IMG/VR virus record: IMGVR_UViG_3300028805_000046
Span: 32,001 to 96,000 of that record
Direction: 5' to 3' (one strand)
DNA length: 64,000 nucleotides
DNA from: a virus
Taxonomy: Duplodnaviria; Caudoviricetes
Part shown: in pieces, positions 19,857 to 29,477 of the stretch
How the letters are laid out: each line of letters begins with the position of its first letter
How positions within the stretch are numbered: position 1 is the stretch's first letter
The notes under the pieces: generated by a model
Seen by the model: the letters and a program-made list of their open reading frames with translations, nothing else
Databases searched by the model: none
What the model was told of the DNA's origin: nothing
Position numbers and translations under genes: made by a program

Positions 19857-20342
19857 ATGACCGAAGAAGAACAGTTAAAGAAGAACATCAGAATTGCTGA
19901 ATTGAATTTGGCAGCTGCTGAAAAGAAACTTGATGACTATCGTCAGAAAAATAAAGACAGTGTCTGCAAGAAGCTAGATGAGCAGTATGCTGGAAAGTAC
20001 TTTCTAATGCACGGAAAAGACCGTTTTCGCTTATCGGCAATTAAAAATCCTATGCACCAGATTTTCGTTCATATCATAAAAATCAACTTTCAAGGCAATG
20101 GATTTATCCGTGCTAACGCAAAGGTGATTGAAATGAAAACCTTCCCAGAGGATTTTGCTGCGTCTTTAGGCAAGACCTCTGAAGACGTTCTTAATCTTTC
20201 GTATTATGAAACATCAAACTTTGACTTCAAGCCAGAAGACCTTGAAAAAGAAATGACGATTGATGAAATCGGCACAATCGTCGGCGAAGCAAAGTCGGCC
20301 TTCAATACAGTCCAGCAAGAGTTCTATACAGATAAGTGGTAA
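19857..20342 (+). CDS. Hypothetical protein
   Basis: ORF with AGGAG RBS. Confidence 0.7.
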   Translation: MTEEEQLKKNIRIAELNLAAAEKKLDDYRQKNKDSVCKKLDEQYAGKYFLMHGKDRFRLSAIKNPMHQIFVHIIKINFQGNGFIRANAKVIEMKTFPEDFAASLGKTSEDVLNLSYYETSNFDFKPEDLEKEMTIDEIGTIVGEAKSAFNTVQQEFYTDKW

Positions 20343-20343
20343 T

Positions 20344-20742
20344 ATGCGTACTAACAAGTATGACAGAAAAGAGAAGAAACTGCGTCATTGGAATAGACTT
20401 TATAACAAGATGTTGAAGTCTATTCCTACTTTTCAGGAAGCAGATAGTGCTGATGAACGCTTTAAGAAAGAGCTAGGAATTAAAACTGTTGACATTTACA
20501 CGCTTGACAGAATTCTTGGCATTTCAAAATGTGGGCGTCATAAGCACGGTAAGAACCGATGCATCGGGCAAAGAAAGGAGACTTTGCTTGCACGTGAAAA
20601 ATCGGAAAGAAGAGCCGAACGAAATGGCATTAGAGCGCAGTACACAGATGAGCAGTTAGAGCAAGATTATGCTGAAGACCAGCGCATAATCATGGACATT
20701 TATGATTCTTGTTACGATCCTCTAGAGGACACATTCAGATAA
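20344..20742 (+). CDS. Hypothetical basic protein
   Basis: ORF follows directly after the previous stop. Confidence 0.6.
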   Translation: MRTNKYDRKEKKLRHWNRLYNKMLKSIPTFQEADSADERFKKELGIKTVDIYTLDRILGISKCGRHKHGKNRCIGQRKETLLAREKSERRAERNGIRAQYTDEQLEQDYAEDQRIIMDIYDSCYDPLEDTFR

Positions 20743-20764
20743 ATTTCAACAAAAGGAAACTCAC

Positions 20765-21211
20765 ATGAATAAACTTATTGAAAAAATCTTTAACTTTGAA
20801 AAGAGCGATGAACAGTATGACTACGAGAATGCAGTCTATAACATTCAGCTTTCTTTCCTTCAGGAAGACAACAAGATCAATCCTGAAGACATCAAGACTG
20901 TAACCGAGTACGAAGCAAAGTACCGTGAACAGTTTAGGGAAAAGGTTCTTCCAAGCAAGGTTCTTGCAGAAGGTCTTGCCAAGGAAGGCAATCTTATCAA
21001 GGCTACTAAGATCGTCAAGCCAAACAGACATATCTGGAACGATATTTTTGGTTCCCTCTTCGGCGCTTACGAGCATAAAGACGAGAATGGAAATTGGGTT
21101 CCCGGTCCTGCTTTGGGTCATGGATATGAAGGCGGCTATGATTGCAGCTGGAATGCCGACGAAGAATTTAGAAAATTGAAAGATGCAGTTAAGGGTGCAT
21201 TTAAGGACTAA
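20765..21211 (+). CDS. Hypothetical protein
   Basis: ORF with AAGGA RBS and phage-like codon usage. Confidence 0.7.
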   Translation: MNKLIEKIFNFEKSDEQYDYENAVYNIQLSFLQEDNKINPEDIKTVTEYEAKYREQFREKVLPSKVLAEGLAKEGNLIKATKIVKPNRHIWNDIFGSLFGAYEHKDENGNWVPGPALGHGYEGGYDCSWNADEEFRKLKDAVKGAFKD

Positions 21212-21213
21212 AT

Positions 21214-21378
21214 ATGAAATGTTTCACCTGTAACACTGAAATTGAAGACATGAAGAACTGTGTGACTTTGGAGTTGAAATCTCCTTCTGACCCAGTTCTT
21301 AATCGTTCTGAGCAGATCTGCAGCAAATGTGCTTACGGCATTGTAGGTCGTGCTCTTTTATGCAGACACTATCAATAA
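21214..21378 (+). CDS. 54-aa zinc-finger-like protein (not in the ORF track)
   Basis: MKCFTC...ICSKC; AAGGA RBS; fills the gap between neighbours. Confidence 0.6.
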   Translation: MKCFTCNTEIEDMKNCVTLELKSPSDPVLNRSEQICSKCAYGIVGRALLCRHYQ

Positions 21379-21398
21379 GAAATGCAATGAGGGGTAAA

Positions 21399-21656
21399 AT
21401 GGAACGTAAATTGACTGAATACTCAGAGCCGTTTGACTTCTGGGTTCTTGCTTTCGTTGATAAGAAAACTGGCAAGACAATAAGTTACTACAAGAATACT
21501 TGGAAGCGCGTAAACACGCCTATTGAGGCTACGCACTTTCATACAACAACTTGGGCTAAGAAGCGTGCTGACGAAAATCGTCAAGATCCGAATGTTCTGC
21601 CGAAGATCATTCGTTATCATGCAGACTTCAAGGCAATTCTAGCAGAACATGGGTAG
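21399..21656 (+). CDS. Hypothetical protein
   Basis: GAGGGG RBS before MERKL. Confidence 0.6.
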   Translation: MERKLTEYSEPFDFWVLAFVDKKTGKTISYYKNTWKRVNTPIEATHFHTTTWAKKRADENRQDPNVLPKIIRYHADFKAILAEHG

Positions 21657-21662
21657 GATAAG

Positions 21663-21932
21663 ATGAATAAGTTGAAAAAGTTAGCAAAAGTCATTTTCAT
21701 TGGCGAAACTGCTTTTACTGGTGGCGTCTGTCTTCTTGCTTCTCTGGGTTCGAAGACTGTAACGCTTTATCAGATTCTTACTACTTGGCTTGCGCTTGAC
21801 ATAGGATTCCTTTTCCTTACAGTCAGCGTGCTAATGTTCATCGTTGCGTTGTTCTGGGTAAGTGACGGCGAAGAAGGCGAGTCTTATCTTGACTTTGTCA
21901 GCAGAAAAATTAAGGAAGAACTAGATGATTAA
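21663..21932 (+). CDS. Two-TM membrane protein
   Basis: Hydrophobic helices, FW motif, acidic tail. Confidence 0.65.
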   Translation: MNKLKKLAKVIFIGETAFTGGVCLLASLGSKTVTLYQILTTWLALDIGFLFLTVSVLMFIVALFWVSDGEEGESYLDFVSRKIKEELDD

Positions 21933-22191
21933 GAAGCCTCGTGACAGAAAGATCATATTCTTCGCAGTAATAGCAGCAATCATTGCTGCTTTAATTATTG
22001 CCACCAGTTCGTCATTTCTTGCTGCCTTTACATACGCACTTGTAACGTTTCTCATCTTTGGCGGGGCACTCGCTGTCGCATTGCTTGGAACTGCATTCAT
22101 TTTCTGGGCATTTGACAGCGGATGTCAAGAGAATACTTACAGTGAAGTATGGGACAAAATGATAGCTGAAATCAAGAATGGGCTTGAGTAA
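21925..22191 (+). CDS. Two-TM membrane protein (similar layout to the upstream gene)
   Basis: Hydrophobic helices, FW motif, amphipathic tail. Confidence 0.65.
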   Translation: MIKKPRDRKIIFFAVIAAIIAALIIATSSSFLAAFTYALVTFLIFGGALAVALLGTAFIFWAFDSGCQENTYSEVWDKMIAEIKNGLE

Positions 22192-22275
22192 AGTCTTCGG
22201 AAAATTTTTTGCCCATTAAGTTTTTTGGCAGAAACTTTATTATATTTTTGTCGTTAATTTTTCAAGGAGTAAATA

Positions 22276-22914
22276 ATGAAAGAATATGATAAGGCGAATG
22301 CCATGAACATTATGTTTGACATGCAGGAATCTTTGCAGAACGCTATCGGCGCAAAGCGAGGAACCCTCTGTCCAAATACCTGGAAGAAGGATATTCCTGA
22401 CAAGTATAGAACTATGGCTAAGGAGTCAGGGTACTACATGATGTCAACTATTACCGAACTTTTTGAGTTCTTTGAGCAGTGGAAGAAAGACAACTATCAG
22501 TTCACCGACCTTGTCAAGTTTGAACTTATTGATGCTTGGCACTTCGTTATGAACCAACTTCTTTACTTGAACATCAAGCCAACTCAGACTGTTGAATGGT
22601 TCTATGAAAAGGCAAAGGAAAATCTTGAACAGGTCACTTTCGTCAATCATGACCTTTATTACATTGTAGGTGGCGTCGTTGAAACGATGGGTGAAATTTA
22701 TCAGAACTCTAGCTACAAGTCCTGGAAAACGTACGAAACCCCGAAAGAAGATCCTTTGAAGTTGCAGGTCCTCGCTGAAAACTTCTTGTTGAAGTTCTTT
22801 GAACTATTCGTCGTTACTGGAATGAAGCCAGAAGACATCTGGAAGTTCTATTACGAAAAGAACGCAGAAAATTTCCATAGACAGCAAGATCCTAACGGCC
22901 GTTATTACAAATAG
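22276..22914 (+). CDS. gp56: dCTPase/dUTPase, all-alpha NTP pyrophosphatase (T4 gp56-like)
   Basis: ELFE, FELIDAWHF, YKSWK and C-terminal YYEKNAENFHRQ. Confidence 0.78.
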   Translation: MKEYDKANAMNIMFDMQESLQNAIGAKRGTLCPNTWKKDIPDKYRTMAKESGYYMMSTITELFEFFEQWKKDNYQFTDLVKFELIDAWHFVMNQLLYLNIKPTQTVEWFYEKAKENLEQVTFVNHDLYYIVGGVVETMGEIYQNSSYKSWKTYETPKEDPLKLQVLAENFLLKFFELFVVTGMKPEDIWKFYYEKNAENFHRQQDPNGRYYK

Positions 22915-22922
22915 AGGAAAAA

Positions 22923-23072
22923 ATGAAAAGTAACTTTACAGAATGGTTTGGGTACCTCATTGGTATCTTTCTGTTCTTATTGATGCTAGCAGGCATCGCA
23001 AAATCAGAATATCTTAACCTTCACATCGATGATCCTATTTCATCATCGGCAACAGAAATTCACAATAAGTAA
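22923..23072 (+). CDS. 49-aa single-TM protein (not in the ORF track)
   Basis: GAGG RBS; hydrophobic stretch WFGYLIGIFLFLLMLAGIA. Confidence 0.5.
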   Translation: MKSNFTEWFGYLIGIFLFLLMLAGIAKSEYLNLHIDDPISSSATEIHNK

Positions 23073-23157
23073 ACATTGAGAAAGTTTTCGTTGAGTTCAA
23101 AATTTGACGAAAACTTTTTTATATTTGCTACGTTAATTCAAACAGGAGTAAACAAAA

Positions 23158-23916
23158 ATGATTAAACAAATGAACTATGATAGCAAGTTTATTGACCTTA
23201 TGACTGAACTTGCAGCCATCAATCCTCAGTTGATTTTCAAGCAGGCAGACGGAAAGATTTCTGTTAAGGCTATTGAAAAGACTGAAAAGTCAATCTGCTA
23301 CTTGCTCGATGCACCGAAGGACGCATTCAGCTTTGAAAGCGAATCTTTGGCAATGATTGACTTCACTCGCTTCATTTCGTACTTCAACACCTTCAACAAG
23401 GTCAACAAGGACGAAAAGCTCTGCGATACTCCAATCCTTTCTGTTGAGTACAGCGATGATGGTGAAGAAGCACGCATCATGCATATCAACTCCACAAAGC
23501 AGAAGTGCTCATTCAAGCACCGCCTTGCAGACGAAGATGCAATCGTCAAGCCGAACTTCAACCGTATCAAGTTCGCATCTGTTGATGCAAGCTTGAAGAT
23601 TTCCGATGAACAGTTGGCAAATCTTGTGGCTATGAAGAAGCTTACCGATGCAGACCGTATCAAGTGGTCATTCCACGACTCTGTATGTACATTGACTTTG
23701 TACAACACCAGAACTACCGACACCTATGAAACCGATATTGACCTTACTCAGGCAGTGGAAACTCCGTTTGAGTACTCTACTCTTGCTAAGGGTCTTCCGA
23801 TGATCCCAACTGGCTCTTACGCCGTTGAAGTTTCAAAGACCGGTATCATGTCCTTCAAGCAGGAAAGAGCCGACGGAATTGATTTGATCTTGTATCTTGC
23901 CAAGACTGGCAAGTAA
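23158..23916 (+). CDS. gp45: Sliding clamp (T4 gp45 family)
   Basis: LAAINPQLIFK, IDFTRFIS, RLADEDAIVKP, MIPTGSYAVEVS..GIMSF; size fits. Confidence 0.75.
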   Translation: MIKQMNYDSKFIDLMTELAAINPQLIFKQADGKISVKAIEKTEKSICYLLDAPKDAFSFESESLAMIDFTRFISYFNTFNKVNKDEKLCDTPILSVEYSDDGEEARIMHINSTKQKCSFKHRLADEDAIVKPNFNRIKFASVDASLKISDEQLANLVAMKKLTDADRIKWSFHDSVCTLTLYNTRTTDTYETDIDLTQAVETPFEYSTLAKGLPMIPTGSYAVEVSKTGIMSFKQERADGIDLILYLAKTGK

Positions 23917-23947
23917 TACTTGAGAAAAAATTTCAAGTTTTCGCTTA

Positions 23948-23984
23948 ACGCGGGGTTTACAGCCCCGCGTTTTTTTGTTATTTT
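23948..23984 (+). terminator. Terminator with a -35 box in its loop
   Basis: ACGCGGGG/CCCCGCGT stem; TTTACA 23956-23961, 17 bp, TATTTT 23979-23984. Confidence 0.8.
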
Positions 23985-24016
23985 TATTTCAGTAAATAAC
24001 TAAAAGGAAAAAACAA

Positions 24017-24433
24017 ATGGTAAAAGTAATCTATACAAGAGCCGTCAATGAAAGAGGACGCGATGCGTCCATCGGATTTGATGAAACGTCTTATGAATAC
24101 AAAGACGGAATCAATTCAGAAGAAGAATTTCAGAAAGTCAAGAAAGAAGTCATTGAAGAACTGAAAAATCCTGAAACTTCGCTAATCAAGGCGTCTTTCT
24201 ATACGGAAACACATGTTCCGTTTGAAATCAGCTATGATGACATCAATCCTGATGATGAATACAACAACATCGATGATGTCAATGAAATGACTCTTGAAAA
24301 GATTCTGAATGACACAGAATCTATGCCTCGCTGGATGTGGGAAATGTTGAACTGCAAGGAGAATGGAGATGGTCTTCCAGATGATGAAAACGCCTTGAAT
24401 GAATACTTTAAGACTCACGGTATCCTCAGATAA
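24017..24433 (+). CDS. Hypothetical acidic protein
   Basis: ORF with RBS. Confidence 0.7.
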   Translation: MVKVIYTRAVNERGRDASIGFDETSYEYKDGINSEEEFQKVKKEVIEELKNPETSLIKASFYTETHVPFEISYDDINPDDEYNNIDDVNEMTLEKILNDTESMPRWMWEMLNCKENGDGLPDDENALNEYFKTHGILR

Positions 24434-24444
24434 GGAGAACTAAA

Positions 24445-25047
24445 ATGCCAAGATTCGCAAAGAAAGGTTCAACTCGCATTGATATTTTGAAAAAGATGTT
24501 TGATGAGATGAAGAAAGACGAAAACGGTCGCTTATATGAAATCGGCGACGATGAGATAGCAAATATTACAGAATTTGAAGCAATTCCTGAAAGTCGTCAC
24601 AATGAACTTATTGAGGCATACATTGAAGAAAAGCTTGCTTATCGTGAAGATTCTAAGGCATGTAAAGATCTACAAAAGATTAACTTTGACTTTGAGAACT
24701 GTGGTTATACAGATGACAAGGATAATTATCCTAATCATAACCCTAAAGTCCATGATAATGGAAAAGACGCTGCTTTCAATCAACTACCAGACGGAACCGC
24801 AATCATTTGGGGTTGGGCAGGCGGTGACTGGGAGATGGATGTAAATTTCATTCTTTATCTTGACCCATCAAACACAATCAGAGCTTACATTCCTTCTGAA
24901 GGAAATGTTTATTGCCATAAATGCAAAGCTGCTTATGGATCATGCGACTGCGATGAAGATGAACTTCCGAACCTTGAGGAAGAAGGTATCATCCACGAAT
25001 TTGACAAAATGTACGCAGATGTCTGCAACAGAATCCAAACCAAGTAA
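24445..25047 (+). CDS. Hypothetical protein (AGGDWE motif, C-terminal Cys cluster)
   Basis: INFDFEN..AGGDWE..RAYIP..GN; CHKC..CDC. Confidence 0.7.
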   Translation: MPRFAKKGSTRIDILKKMFDEMKKDENGRLYEIGDDEIANITEFEAIPESRHNELIEAYIEEKLAYREDSKACKDLQKINFDFENCGYTDDKDNYPNHNPKVHDNGKDAAFNQLPDGTAIIWGWAGGDWEMDVNFILYLDPSNTIRAYIPSEGNVYCHKCKAAYGSCDCDEDELPNLEEEGIIHEFDKMYADVCNRIQTK

Positions 25048-25058
25048 GGAGAACTAAA

Positions 25059-25508
25059 ATGGGAAAATATGTTTCTTCTCGTTCTGCAGATAAATTGCAG
25101 TTTGATGTCAATACTGTAAAGCTTGGACAACTTCCAGGCATCTTTGACACGATTACACAGCAAGGCGGTTTCTTCAAGAAATTTGCTGATATGTGGAAGG
25201 AAGGCGAAAATTATATTGGCGATGAAGACGAAGGCCTGATGGAATATGATACCGACGAGACTTTGGAAGTTCTTCATATTGATGATGAAGATATGAAGAC
25301 TTTCAAGCTCGCAGATGCTTTTTCGCATACTGACTTCTGGATAAATCCGGCTTTTGAAAATACAGTTCTTGCAGACATTAAAGGCGGCGTTGCTTCTAAG
25401 TCTCTTTATGGTGTCCTTTCTAAAGGACATTCTGATGAAGCAAGCATTTTGGTTTTTTATGAAAAAGACACTGGGACTGTGATAGGATATGAAGTAGATG
25501 TTGACTAA
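25059..25508 (+). CDS. Hypothetical acidic protein
   Basis: AAGGAG RBS. Confidence 0.7.
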   Translation: MGKYVSSRSADKLQFDVNTVKLGQLPGIFDTITQQGGFFKKFADMWKEGENYIGDEDEGLMEYDTDETLEVLHIDDEDMKTFKLADAFSHTDFWINPAFENTVLADIKGGVASKSLYGVLSKGHSDEASILVFYEKDTGTVIGYEVDVD

Positions 25509-25770
25509 AACAGTTCTGCCAACTCTTTACATTCAAGATGAAGAATCTTTTAAGAATGCTCTCATCAGACTTCACTTCATAAAAGCAAGCACAGAAACTG
25601 GTCTTGACTGCAGGTACGGCGACTATTCTTTTTCTTGTAGACTTATTAAGGCTTTAGGCTGTAAATGCTTTGAAGACCTTAAAAGTCATTTCAATCGTAT
25701 TGAACTGAATAAGCAGAAACAAGACAAGATTAATGAAATGAGAGCAGAAAGAAACAAGTGGGAGGTGTAA
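25498..25770 (+). CDS. Hypothetical protein
   Basis: Overlapping ORF. Confidence 0.55.
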   Translation: MLTKTVLPTLYIQDEESFKNALIRLHFIKASTETGLDCRYGDYSFSCRLIKALGCKCFEDLKSHFNRIELNKQKQDKINEMRAERNKWEV

Positions 25771-25771
25771 A

Positions 25772-26038
25772 ATGTGTCTTTGCTGTGACTTGGTAGGAAA
25801 AAGAATTCCTAAGCATCTTGCACAAAAGATTGAAAAGAATCCTGCCACAAGACGCCTTTATGATGAATTCCGAGAATATGACGTTGACATTCAGGAAATT
25901 CTTGCTGTCTTTGATAAGTATAACTGGGATCCGATAAGAGCTAGGAAAGAAAATGAAGGAAAACTTATGGCTTTGAAGAAAAACAAGGAAAAGAAAATCA
26001 AAATCCGCGAAGCCGGCGACGAATTTGTAGTTGATTAA
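25772..26038 (+). CDS. Hypothetical basic protein
   Basis: GGAGGT RBS. Confidence 0.65.
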   Translation: MCLCCDLVGKRIPKHLAQKIEKNPATRRLYDEFREYDVDIQEILAVFDKYNWDPIRARKENEGKLMALKKNKEKKIKIREAGDEFVVD

Positions 26039-26066
26039 ATGCAAATTTAAGCAGTTTTTTCGTCAA

Positions 26067-26143
26067 AAATGACTTTAGAGCCTGTTTTTCGTCCGCAGCG
26101 ATAATTTATATTGGTTTGGGTAAAAGAGGCTCAAAATTCATTT
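26067..26143. repeat. 22-bp imperfect inverted repeat with an AT-rich core
   Basis: AAATGACTTTAGAGCCTGTTTT (26067-26088) vs AAAAGAGGCTCAAAATTCATTT (26122-26143), 19/22 complementary, 33-bp spacer. Confidence 0.8.
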
Positions 26144-26216
26144 CTGAGATTCTTACTTACCGCGGAAAATTTTCATAATTTTTGAATTTTTCTGAAAACT
26201 TTATTAAATTTGAACT

Positions 26217-26530
26217 CAAATACAGAAAAATCCTATTTCTGTCTCGGAGTTCAACACAATGAATTGTCGGTTAAGATTAGGTTAGACGTAGAAAAGGTGG
26301 TTCTGCAATAAAAGTCTAAACACCAGCGAAGAAAAGAGTAACGATCTTTTCATACAGCCGTCACACGCATTATGGAATGTAGTCGGAGTACAGGGTGACC
26401 GTCCCGTAAGTCCATAAGTAAGCCGTCTTGCAACGTCATACGGTTCAACAGTTATAAGAAAAAAAGACTGCTGTTACTGGAGACTGTAAGTTCCCCTCTA
26501 GGGCTTACTGTCTCCGGTTTCCAGTTACAG
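26217..26530 (+). ncRNA. Candidate structured non-coding RNA (or structured origin/leader)
   Basis: Promoter-like TAAATT at 26205-26210, no ORF in the track, and at least six consecutive hairpins. Confidence 0.5.
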
Positions 26531-26553
26531 AAAAAAAGAATTTGATTTTGAAT

Positions 26554-27015
26554 ATGAAACTTTTACCAATGAAAAACAGAGTTTATCGTCTAGATACTGA
26601 CTTAATTCATAGCGCTATTCGTGATGCGATGGCGCATGAAAAATTTGTCGGTAAGAAGTTACGAACTGCACTTGTGTTAAAAGGAAATCCGTTCAGTCTT
26701 TGTTTCTGGAAATTTGCTGTAAGATTTGCAGAAGAATACCGTAGATTCTTTCCTGAAAAGATGGTTGATGAATTTCTCGATGCAGAAGTTGACTATCGTA
26801 CAAATGAAGCCATCGTCTATCAAGTAAAGAAACATGCAGTAAAACATCTTGGAAAGTTTTTCCGTGAAAATCTCGCTGAATATGTTCTTGATTTCGTTAC
26901 GAAGCATGAACAGGAATTTGATAAGACTCCGGAAATGTACAAAGAGTTTATAAATAACTTGAAGAAATTTGCAGAAATAAAAATTGCAGCAGTAGAATAT
27001 TCAGAGGAAACATGA
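26554..27015 (+). CDS. Hypothetical protein
   Basis: Long ORF; start uncertain. Confidence 0.6.
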   Translation: MKLLPMKNRVYRLDTDLIHSAIRDAMAHEKFVGKKLRTALVLKGNPFSLCFWKFAVRFAEEYRRFFPEKMVDEFLDAEVDYRTNEAIVYQVKKHAVKHLGKFFRENLAEYVLDFVTKHEQEFDKTPEMYKEFINNLKKFAEIKIAAVEYSEET

Positions 27016-27269
27016 CATTTAAAGAATTAAGTTCTAGAGTCCAAGACACTTATAGCGACTCTGAAGAAATCAAAAGCATTACTGGTGATGACAAGCATTT
27101 TATCATTAAGTTCATTGATGACAAGACACAGTTTCTTGTAGCGACAGATCCTTCTGTTGAAGGTAAGTTTTTCTTGGCGATTTTTGAAGGAAAGAAAAAG
27201 GTAGACGCTGACTGGGTTGAGGATAAAGAAGTTCTGCTTAACATTGAAAAGCAGATTGAGGTTTTGTAA
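27012..27269 (+). CDS. Hypothetical protein
   Basis: GAGG RBS, coupled ORF. Confidence 0.65.
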   Translation: MTFKELSSRVQDTYSDSEEIKSITGDDKHFIIKFIDDKTQFLVATDPSVEGKFFLAIFEGKKKVDADWVEDKEVLLNIEKQIEVL

Positions 27270-28087
27270 TGGCTCTTGTTGAGGATATAAAGAAAAGAAA
27301 CATTCAGATTTTTGAAAGCAATCAGGAAATGCTCGCAAATGATGAACGAGCACAAAAATGCATCGCCGCTTCTATCAAGCGTCAAGAATTCATTAGTAAA
27401 GACACTTTGATTCCTTGGAAAGAAAGATTTGCTGAACCTGCAAAAGTTATCATTTCGCATCGTTCAACTCTTGACGCCGCAAGACGCTATCATGAAGGAA
27501 AGACAGCAGTCTTGAATTTTGCATCAGCGACGAACCCTGGAGGCGGAGTTCTTAAAGGTTCTAACGCACAGGAAGAATGCATCTGCCGTTGCTCTACGCT
27601 TTACAACTGCCTGAATACTGCAGAAATGTTGAAGCAGTTTTATCAGCCGCATCGTAATGCTCATAACCAGCTTAACAATGATGACATTATCTATACGCCT
27701 TATGTCGTAGTTACTTTAGACGATTACTACAAGCTTCTTGAGTCTTCTTACATGGTCGACGTCATTACTTGTGCAGCTCCGAATCTTCGTCCTGATAAAG
27801 ATGGAAAGGAAATAAAGATTAGCAATGAAGATCTTTATGAACTTCATCAGAAGCGTGTGACTCGCATTCTTGCTGCGGCTGCTGCGCATAACGTAGACAA
27901 CATCATTCTTGGAGCATTTGGTTGCGGCGCGTTCAGAAATGATCCTGAAATAGTCGCTAAGGCTTATAAGACTGTTCTTCCGAGATTCGCAAAATGCTTT
28001 AAGAACATTGAGTTTGCGATTTACTGTAGTAAAGACAGTGATAGAAACAACTTCTATGCTTTTCATAAAGTACTTGGAGGAAAATGA
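27269..28087 (+). CDS. Bacterial PARG-type macrodomain (TIGR02452/DUF2263)
   Basis: VLNFASATNPGGG..G..AQEE..CR.STLY, DVITCAAP, ILGAFGCGAFRNDP. Confidence 0.92.
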   Translation: MALVEDIKKRNIQIFESNQEMLANDERAQKCIAASIKRQEFISKDTLIPWKERFAEPAKVIISHRSTLDAARRYHEGKTAVLNFASATNPGGGVLKGSNAQEECICRCSTLYNCLNTAEMLKQFYQPHRNAHNQLNNDDIIYTPYVVVTLDDYYKLLESSYMVDVITCAAPNLRPDKDGKEIKISNEDLYELHQKRVTRILAAAAAHNVDNIILGAFGCGAFRNDPEIVAKAYKTVLPRFAKCFKNIEFAIYCSKDSDRNNFYAFHKVLGGK

Positions 28088-28455
28088 TGGAAACTATATT
28101 CACAATTTGCTGCGGATTCATGTTTTTTATAGTGGGTCTTGTGGCTGCAATTCTTTTAACTATCTTCATTGACATAATCTTTGATCTTGACTTGAATGTT
28201 TTCTGGGTATTAGACGCAGTTCATTTCATTATTGTTTTTCCAATAATGCTTGCATTCTTGACACTTCGCTTCAAATTGCAGAAACGAAAGGAATGTATCT
28301 TCTATTTCTTCGTGTTTAGCAACATTGAAGCAAGCATTGTCAGAAAGATGGGATACGACTTTGAATGCGACGATGAGGAATACACCGTCCAGAACATATT
28401 CGGCGCAAAGTGGGAACGAATAGACACAACTACTACCGTCTTTAGGAGAAAGTAA
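28084..28455 (+). CDS. Membrane protein
   Basis: Two N-terminal TM segments. Confidence 0.6.
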   Translation: MMETIFTICCGFMFFIVGLVAAILLTIFIDIIFDLDLNVFWVLDAVHFIIVFPIMLAFLTLRFKLQKRKECIFYFFVFSNIEASIVRKMGYDFECDDEEYTVQNIFGAKWERIDTTTTVFRRK

Positions 28456-28456
28456 G

Positions 28457-28636
28457 ATGGATCATCAAACACAAGTACAACTTTATCTTGCTTCACATAC
28501 TAATGATCTTGACTATGCTGTAGCACAGACCGCTGCGCCGGCTTTGTATGGAGGCATGATTATCATTGCCTTATATGTACTTATCAGGATACTTGTAGGC
28601 ATCTTTAAACACTTCTTCGTGGAGGAAGATAAATGA
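28457..28636 (+). CDS. 59-aa membrane protein (not in the ORF track)
   Basis: AGGAG RBS; hydrophobic C-terminal half. Confidence 0.5.
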   Translation: MDHQTQVQLYLASHTNDLDYAVAQTAAPALYGGMIIIALYVLIRILVGIFKHFFVEEDK

Positions 28637-28890
28637 AAATAAAATCACTTAAACAAGATTTACCGCCACTACTTATGATAGTGGCTTTTGTTTTCTTGCT
28701 TGTCGCTGCGCTTACTGGCAAGATTGACAAGATAGACGCAGCATTAGAGCCTTTCTGTACGAAGACTTTACCAGCGGCAGTTTCTGTCGTTGTGCCTGAA
28801 AGCGTTCAGAAAAGCAACTTTAACCCAAGAAAATGGGTTATACATTATAACTGGAAAGAAATTCAAAAGGGCGAGTTCCCAAGGAGATAA
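28633..28890 (+). CDS. Small protein with an N-terminal TM segment
   Basis: GGAGG RBS. Confidence 0.6.
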   Translation: MKIKSLKQDLPPLLMIVAFVFLLVAALTGKIDKIDAALEPFCTKTLPAAVSVVVPESVQKSNFNPRKWVIHYNWKEIQKGEFPRR

Positions 28891-28892
28891 AG

Positions 28893-29477
28893 ATGGCAAA
28901 TAAATTTACCACAAAGATTGATGAGATGTTCGTGAAGTACGGACGTCCAGACGGAAATGATAAATACATCATCTTAGGCTACTGTCATTCAGGCGATGAA
29001 GATGGTGGAACAGATGATTATGAATATTTTGACTGTGTTTATGAAAGCGATGTTGCAGGCCATCGTGCTGGTAAAGAACGCCGTCCTCACTGTCTTTTTT
29101 CACAGACAGAAGATCTTGATGAAGACTTTGAAAAAGATTGGGACAACTTGACAAATCAGATCTGGGACGCATTCCGTTCAAAGATGCGAGAAGGCATGTT
29201 TGAAAGCACGAACTGCTACTGGTCTCGCTATTTCGCAGTTACAAAGGATCATAAACTCGTGTCATTCGTTTCTCGTGGCGACATGAGCGATGGCGATGAA
29301 GACATCGTAGATCTTGACACTTATAGTAAGGAACAAGCAGATACTGCTGCTGACTATGAACTTCTTGGCTACATTCAAGAAAAATGCGAAGGCATTAAGT
29401 CAAATTTGAGCGACATGACGCATGACGAAATTCGTCAAAAGGCAATCGCTGCAATTAAGGAACTCATAAAGGAGTAA
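28893..29477 (+). CDS. Hypothetical acidic protein
   Basis: AAGGAG RBS. Confidence 0.7.
   Translation: MANKFTTKIDEMFVKYGRPDGNDKYIILGYCHSGDEDGGTDDYEYFDCVYESDVAGHRAGKERRPHCLFSQTEDLDEDFEKDWDNLTNQIWDAFRSKMREGMFESTNCYWSRYFAVTKDHKLVSFVSRGDMSDGDEDIVDLDTYSKEQADTAADYELLGYIQEKCEGIKSNLSDMTHDEIRQKAIAAIKELIKE

Noticed and set aside
26217-26530. Group I intron, tmRNA or RNase P identity for the structured region
   Set aside because: An ATGTAGTC resembles the group I S element, but I found no matching upstream R element or interrupted gene. tmRNA ends and RNase P conserved segments are absent.
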